A stretch of DNA of 51,019 nt from a bacterium. Lineage in GTDB: Bacteria; Desulfobacterota; S145-22. A program made the position numbers and the translations under genes. The notes beneath the pieces were generated by a model, which searched no databases, was not told the origin of the DNA, and was given only the letters and a program-made list of their open reading frames with translations. How positions within the stretch are numbered: the stretch's first letter is position 1; the number at the start of each line of letters is the position of its first letter. Shown in pieces: positions 47,853 through 51,019 of this stretch. Where the stretch lies: assembly GCA_026986155.1 (NCBI GenBank), contig JALSPC010000047.1, positions 1 through 51,019 of the forward strand. Direction: 5' to 3'.

Positions 47853-49670
47853 ATGCTTCACGGCTACGGCGGTTTCATCCTGCGGGTCGATCTGACGTCC
47901 GGGCGCGTCCGTCGGGAAAAGACCGATCCCGCCTACATGCTCAAGACCATCGGCGGCAGGGGCCTCAATTCCACCCGGCTCTTCGAAGAACTGAAACGTG
48001 ACGTGGATCCCCTCTCGCCGGAAAACATGCTCCTCTTCGGCGTCGGCCCTCTCACGGGGACGCTCCTTCCCGCCTCGGCCTACACCACCATCACCGGGAA
48101 GTCCCCCCTGACGGGGATCCTGGGAGACTCCGCCGCGGGGGGATTTTTCGGGACGGAACTGAAACAAGCGGGATACGACCAGGTCATTGTCACGGGAAGA
48201 AGCGAGACCCCCTGTTACCTTCTCGTCACCAACGACACCGTCGAAATCCGCGACGCGGGCCACCTATGGGGAAGGGACATCTGGGAAACCACCGCCGCGC
48301 TGCGCAGGGAATTGGGCGACAACGCCGTCCAGGTGGCGGCCATCGGGCCGGCGGGGGAGAATCTCGTCAAGTTCGCCACGGTGGCCTGCAACAATTCCCG
48401 CACGTTCGGCCGCACGGGCATGGGGTGCATCTTCGGGTCGAAGAACCTCAAGGCCATCGTGGTGCGGGGCACGAGGCGTGTCACCATTGCCGACACGCTC
48501 CGGTTCGCCGATCTCTGCCGGAAGCTAGAGGCCGACATCTTGAATCACCCCGAATACGAACAGCGCCACGCCCTGGGCTCCACGCTTCTCATGAAGGCCC
48601 TCCAGGGTATCGGCATCCTTCCCACGCGGCATTTCCAGGAAGGGTTGTGCGACTACGTGGACGAGATCAGCGGGGAGACCCTGGCGGAGCGCTACAAGGT
48701 GAAGAACAAGTCGTGCTTCAACTGTAACATCCACTGCTCCCGTTACTTCATCACCCCCACGCACGAGGGAGAAGGGCCAGAATACGAGACCCTCTGCAGC
48801 TACACCTCCCGGCTCGGGAACCGGGACCTGGAATTCGCCCTGAGGATGACCACCTTTCTCAACCGGATGGGGATCGATTCCCTGAGCTCGGGCGAGACGA
48901 TCGGCTGGGCCATGGAGTGTGCCCAGCGGGGGCTTTTGACGCGGGAGGACTTAGACGGGCTCGACTTCACCTGGGGCAACACGCAAACCATCGAGAAAAT
49001 CCTCCGGATGATCGTTCACCGGGAGGGCCTCGGGGACGCCTTTGCCGAGGGGACTCGCAGCCTGGCACGGCGCTTCGGCAAGGGGACGGAGAACTACGCC
49101 TTCCACGTGAAAGGGCTCGACATGATCTGCGGGGATCCGCGCGGCATCAAGGCCTTCGGCCTGACCTACGCCATCGCCTCCCGGGGCGGTGACCACCTCC
49201 GGGCGGAACCTTTCTTCGAACTGACCGAGCGCTACGACGAGGCGGAGCGGCGCTGGGGCATCCGGGAGATCGCCGACCGTCTCGCCGTGAAGGGGAAGGC
49301 CGTCCTGGTGGAGCACACGGAGCGGCAGGCCCTCATCTCTGACTGCCTGACCATGTGCAAGAACATCGGTTTGAGCATGGACTTGATGGACGTCGACTTC
49401 GCCGCCCGGCTTCTCACCGCCGGCACGGGTCTCAAGTTCACGCCGGAACGGGTGGACGACGCCCTCAAGGGCGTCATCGAGCGCGACCGCCTCCTCAACA
49501 TCGACTTCGGCATCGACGCCGGCCAGGATACATTGCCGGAACGCTTCCGGAAGGAGCCCCTCGCGGAGGGCGCCTCCAAGGGCCAGACGGTGCCCGTCGA
49601 GGAGATGGTCCAGGAATACTACCGGCTCAAGGGATGGGACGAACGGGGCGTTCCCAGGGGACGGGCGTAG
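47853..49670 (+). CDS. aor: Aldehyde:ferredoxin oxidoreductase family (tungstopterin) enzyme
   Basis: LRVDLT, GGRGL, GPLTG, KSPLTG, IGPAGENLV, GRTGMG..FGSKNLKA, CFNCNIHC, GPEYET, RGGDH, DTLPERF, EYY..KGWD..G.P. Confidence 0.92.
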   Translation: MLHGYGGFILRVDLTSGRVRREKTDPAYMLKTIGGRGLNSTRLFEELKRDVDPLSPENMLLFGVGPLTGTLLPASAYTTITGKSPLTGILGDSAAGGFFGTELKQAGYDQVIVTGRSETPCYLLVTNDTVEIRDAGHLWGRDIWETTAALRRELGDNAVQVAAIGPAGENLVKFATVACNNSRTFGRTGMGCIFGSKNLKAIVVRGTRRVTIADTLRFADLCRKLEADILNHPEYEQRHALGSTLLMKALQGIGILPTRHFQEGLCDYVDEISGETLAERYKVKNKSCFNCNIHCSRYFITPTHEGEGPEYETLCSYTSRLGNRDLEFALRMTTFLNRMGIDSLSSGETIGWAMECAQRGLLTREDLDGLDFTWGNTQTIEKILRMIVHREGLGDAFAEGTRSLARRFGKGTENYAFHVKGLDMICGDPRGIKAFGLTYAIASRGGDHLRAEPFFELTERYDEAERRWGIREIADRLAVKGKAVLVEHTERQALISDCLTMCKNIGLSMDLMDVDFAARLLTAGTGLKFTPERVDDALKGVIERDRLLNIDFGIDAGQDTLPERFRKEPLAEGASKGQTVPVEEMVQEYYRLKGWDERGVPRGRA

Positions 49671-49671
49671 G

Positions 49672-50409
49672 ATGGGGCGCGTCGTCCGGGGCGGCACCAC
49701 CACCTACGGCCAGGTGGCCGGAATCCTGATGACCGAATCCACCATTCCGCGGATCCCCGGGGATCCGGGCCACGCCGAGACCTTCGATTTCCCCGTCCGT
49801 TACGCCGTCATCGAGGATTTTCCCTTCGAAGACCTCGTCCAGGTCAAACGTGATCACCTGGACACAGTCATCGCGGCGGCCCTTTCCCTCCAGCGGGAGG
49901 GGGTTCGTTTCATCGTCGCCGATTGCGGCCTCTTCGCCCCTTTTCAGCGGGAGATCGCCGACCGGCTGGAGATCCCCTTCCTCGGCTCCGCCCTCTCCCT
50001 CCTGCCGCTCATCGCCGCGTTTCTCCCCGCGAAGAAGAAAATCGGCGTTATCACGGGCGACACGCGCCTCCTGAAGGACGTCCACCTGACCTCGACCGGG
50101 GCCGACCTGGGACGCCTCGTCATCCGGGGACTGGACGACTGCGGGGAATTCCAGAAGGTGGTGGTCAACCGCGGCAATGAATTGAACGTGGACGCCATGC
50201 GGGCGTGTGTTTTGGAGGCCGGCGCTTCCCTCTTCGAGGCCGGCGAGCCGGTGGGGGCCATCCTGCTCGAGTGCACGAACCTGGCGAGCTTTCGCCGCGA
50301 CCTCCAGGGAAGGTTTCGCGTCCCCGTTTTCGATATCGTGAGCCTCGTCGACTTCTTCGCCGGGGGATACCGGTTGCGGTCCTTCGCGTCCGCCTTCTTG
50401 CCCCGTTAG
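49672..50409 (+). CDS. Asp/Glu/hydantoin racemase-like protein
   Basis: GILM....PRIPGD.G...TF.FPV, ADCG, LLECTNL, PVFDI (two-Cys pattern). Confidence 0.8.
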   Translation: MGRVVRGGTTTYGQVAGILMTESTIPRIPGDPGHAETFDFPVRYAVIEDFPFEDLVQVKRDHLDTVIAAALSLQREGVRFIVADCGLFAPFQREIADRLEIPFLGSALSLLPLIAAFLPAKKKIGVITGDTRLLKDVHLTSTGADLGRLVIRGLDDCGEFQKVVVNRGNELNVDAMRACVLEAGASLFEAGEPVGAILLECTNLASFRRDLQGRFRVPVFDIVSLVDFFAGGYRLRSFASAFLPR

Positions 50410-50503
50410 GCGGCCAACCCTTATCACCGAATTTACTTTCCCCCGGTGAGCCCCGGGAGTCTCAGCAAAGAGCCATCGACGCCCGGCGGACCCAAGTTTT
50501 TCA

Positions 50504-50532
50504 TTGACTAAACGGGTTATTTGTCTTAGTAT
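50504..50532 (+). promoter_or_regulatory. Putative sigma70 promoter of gyrA
   Basis: TTGACT (50504-50509), 17 nt, TAGTAT (50527-50532). Confidence 0.5.
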
Positions 50533-50570
50533 GATAGGGTTTAGAGTCCTATTCAAAAGGAGGCCGCACC

Positions 50571-51019
50571 ATCCAGAACACCATTCCCACGCCCGTTAAT
50601 ATCGAAGACGAAATGAAGCGCTCCTACATGGATTACGCCATGAGCGTGATCATGGGGCGCGCCCTCCCCGACGCGCGGGACGGGCTCAAGCCCGTCCACC
50701 GCCGGATCATCTACGCCATGTACAAGATGGGGAACTTCTGGAACAAGGAGTTCAAGAAGTCCGCCAGGGTCGTCGGGGACGTGATCGGCAAATACCATCC
50801 CCACGGCGACGCGGCCGTCTATGACGCCATCGTCCGCATGGCCCAGGATTTCTCCCTCCGTTATCCCCTGGTGAACGGCCAGGGCAACTTCGGCTCCATC
50901 GACGGGGATCCCCCCGCCGCCATGCGTTACACGGAGGTGCGGCTCACGCGGCTTGCCCACCTGCTTCTCGAGGACATCGAGAAGGACACGGTCGATTTCG
51001 TGCCCAACTACGACGCGAC
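50571..51019 (+). CDS. gyrA: DNA gyrase subunit A (3' truncated by window edge)
   Basis: [73 protein letters not shown]. Confidence 0.93.
   Translation, partial: MQNTIPTPVNIEDEMKRSYMDYAMSVIMGRALPDARDGLKPVHRRIIYAMYKMGNFWNKEFKKSARVVGDVIGKYHPHGDAAVYDAIVRMAQDFSLRYPLVNGQGNFGSIDGDPPAAMRYTEVRLTRLAHLLLEDIEKDTVDFVPNYDA

Noticed and set aside
47050-50409. Selenocysteine read-through in the redox genes
   Set aside because: ORFs look complete and no in-frame TGA falls at an expected Cys position

Overview
GC-rich chromosomal segment of an anaerobic bacterium (gene content suggests Desulfobacterota/deltaproteobacteria; this is inference). Left to right: 3' part of an APH/AAA_33 kinase; a five-gene split glutamate synthase operon; tRNA-Ala(CGC); recR-ybaB-dnaX-ffs with two tRNA-Ser; a decaying accessory patch (two MFS, DUF1638, DUF169 and acyl-CoA ligase relics, higA with a frameshifted higB, and a mosaic duplication scar); a minus-strand run ftsB-radical SAM-thioesterase-hldE halves-GT4 ending in a ferritin-like/FNT channel fusion; PaaK-like ligase and ACT protein; AT-richer HDOD and GH13_18 phosphorylase; flavodoxin; a porCDAB operon coupled to a HydCBA/NuoEFG-like module with no hydrogenase or formate dehydrogenase domain; tatBC; GGDEF; DUF2779; MNT plus broken HEPN; crotonase-SDR-crotonase; a GntR-associated divergon (Liv-type ABC transporter, unknown protein and TAT-less reductive dehalogenase-like enzyme versus TIGR04076-like protein, ferredoxin, aldehyde oxidoreductase and racemase-like protein); and the start of gyrA. 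Best candidates for undescribed biology: the cytoplasmic RdhA/ABC/AOR divergon, the Por-coupled bifurcating-type module and the ferritin-FNT fusion. All family calls come from motif recognition by eye, not database searches.
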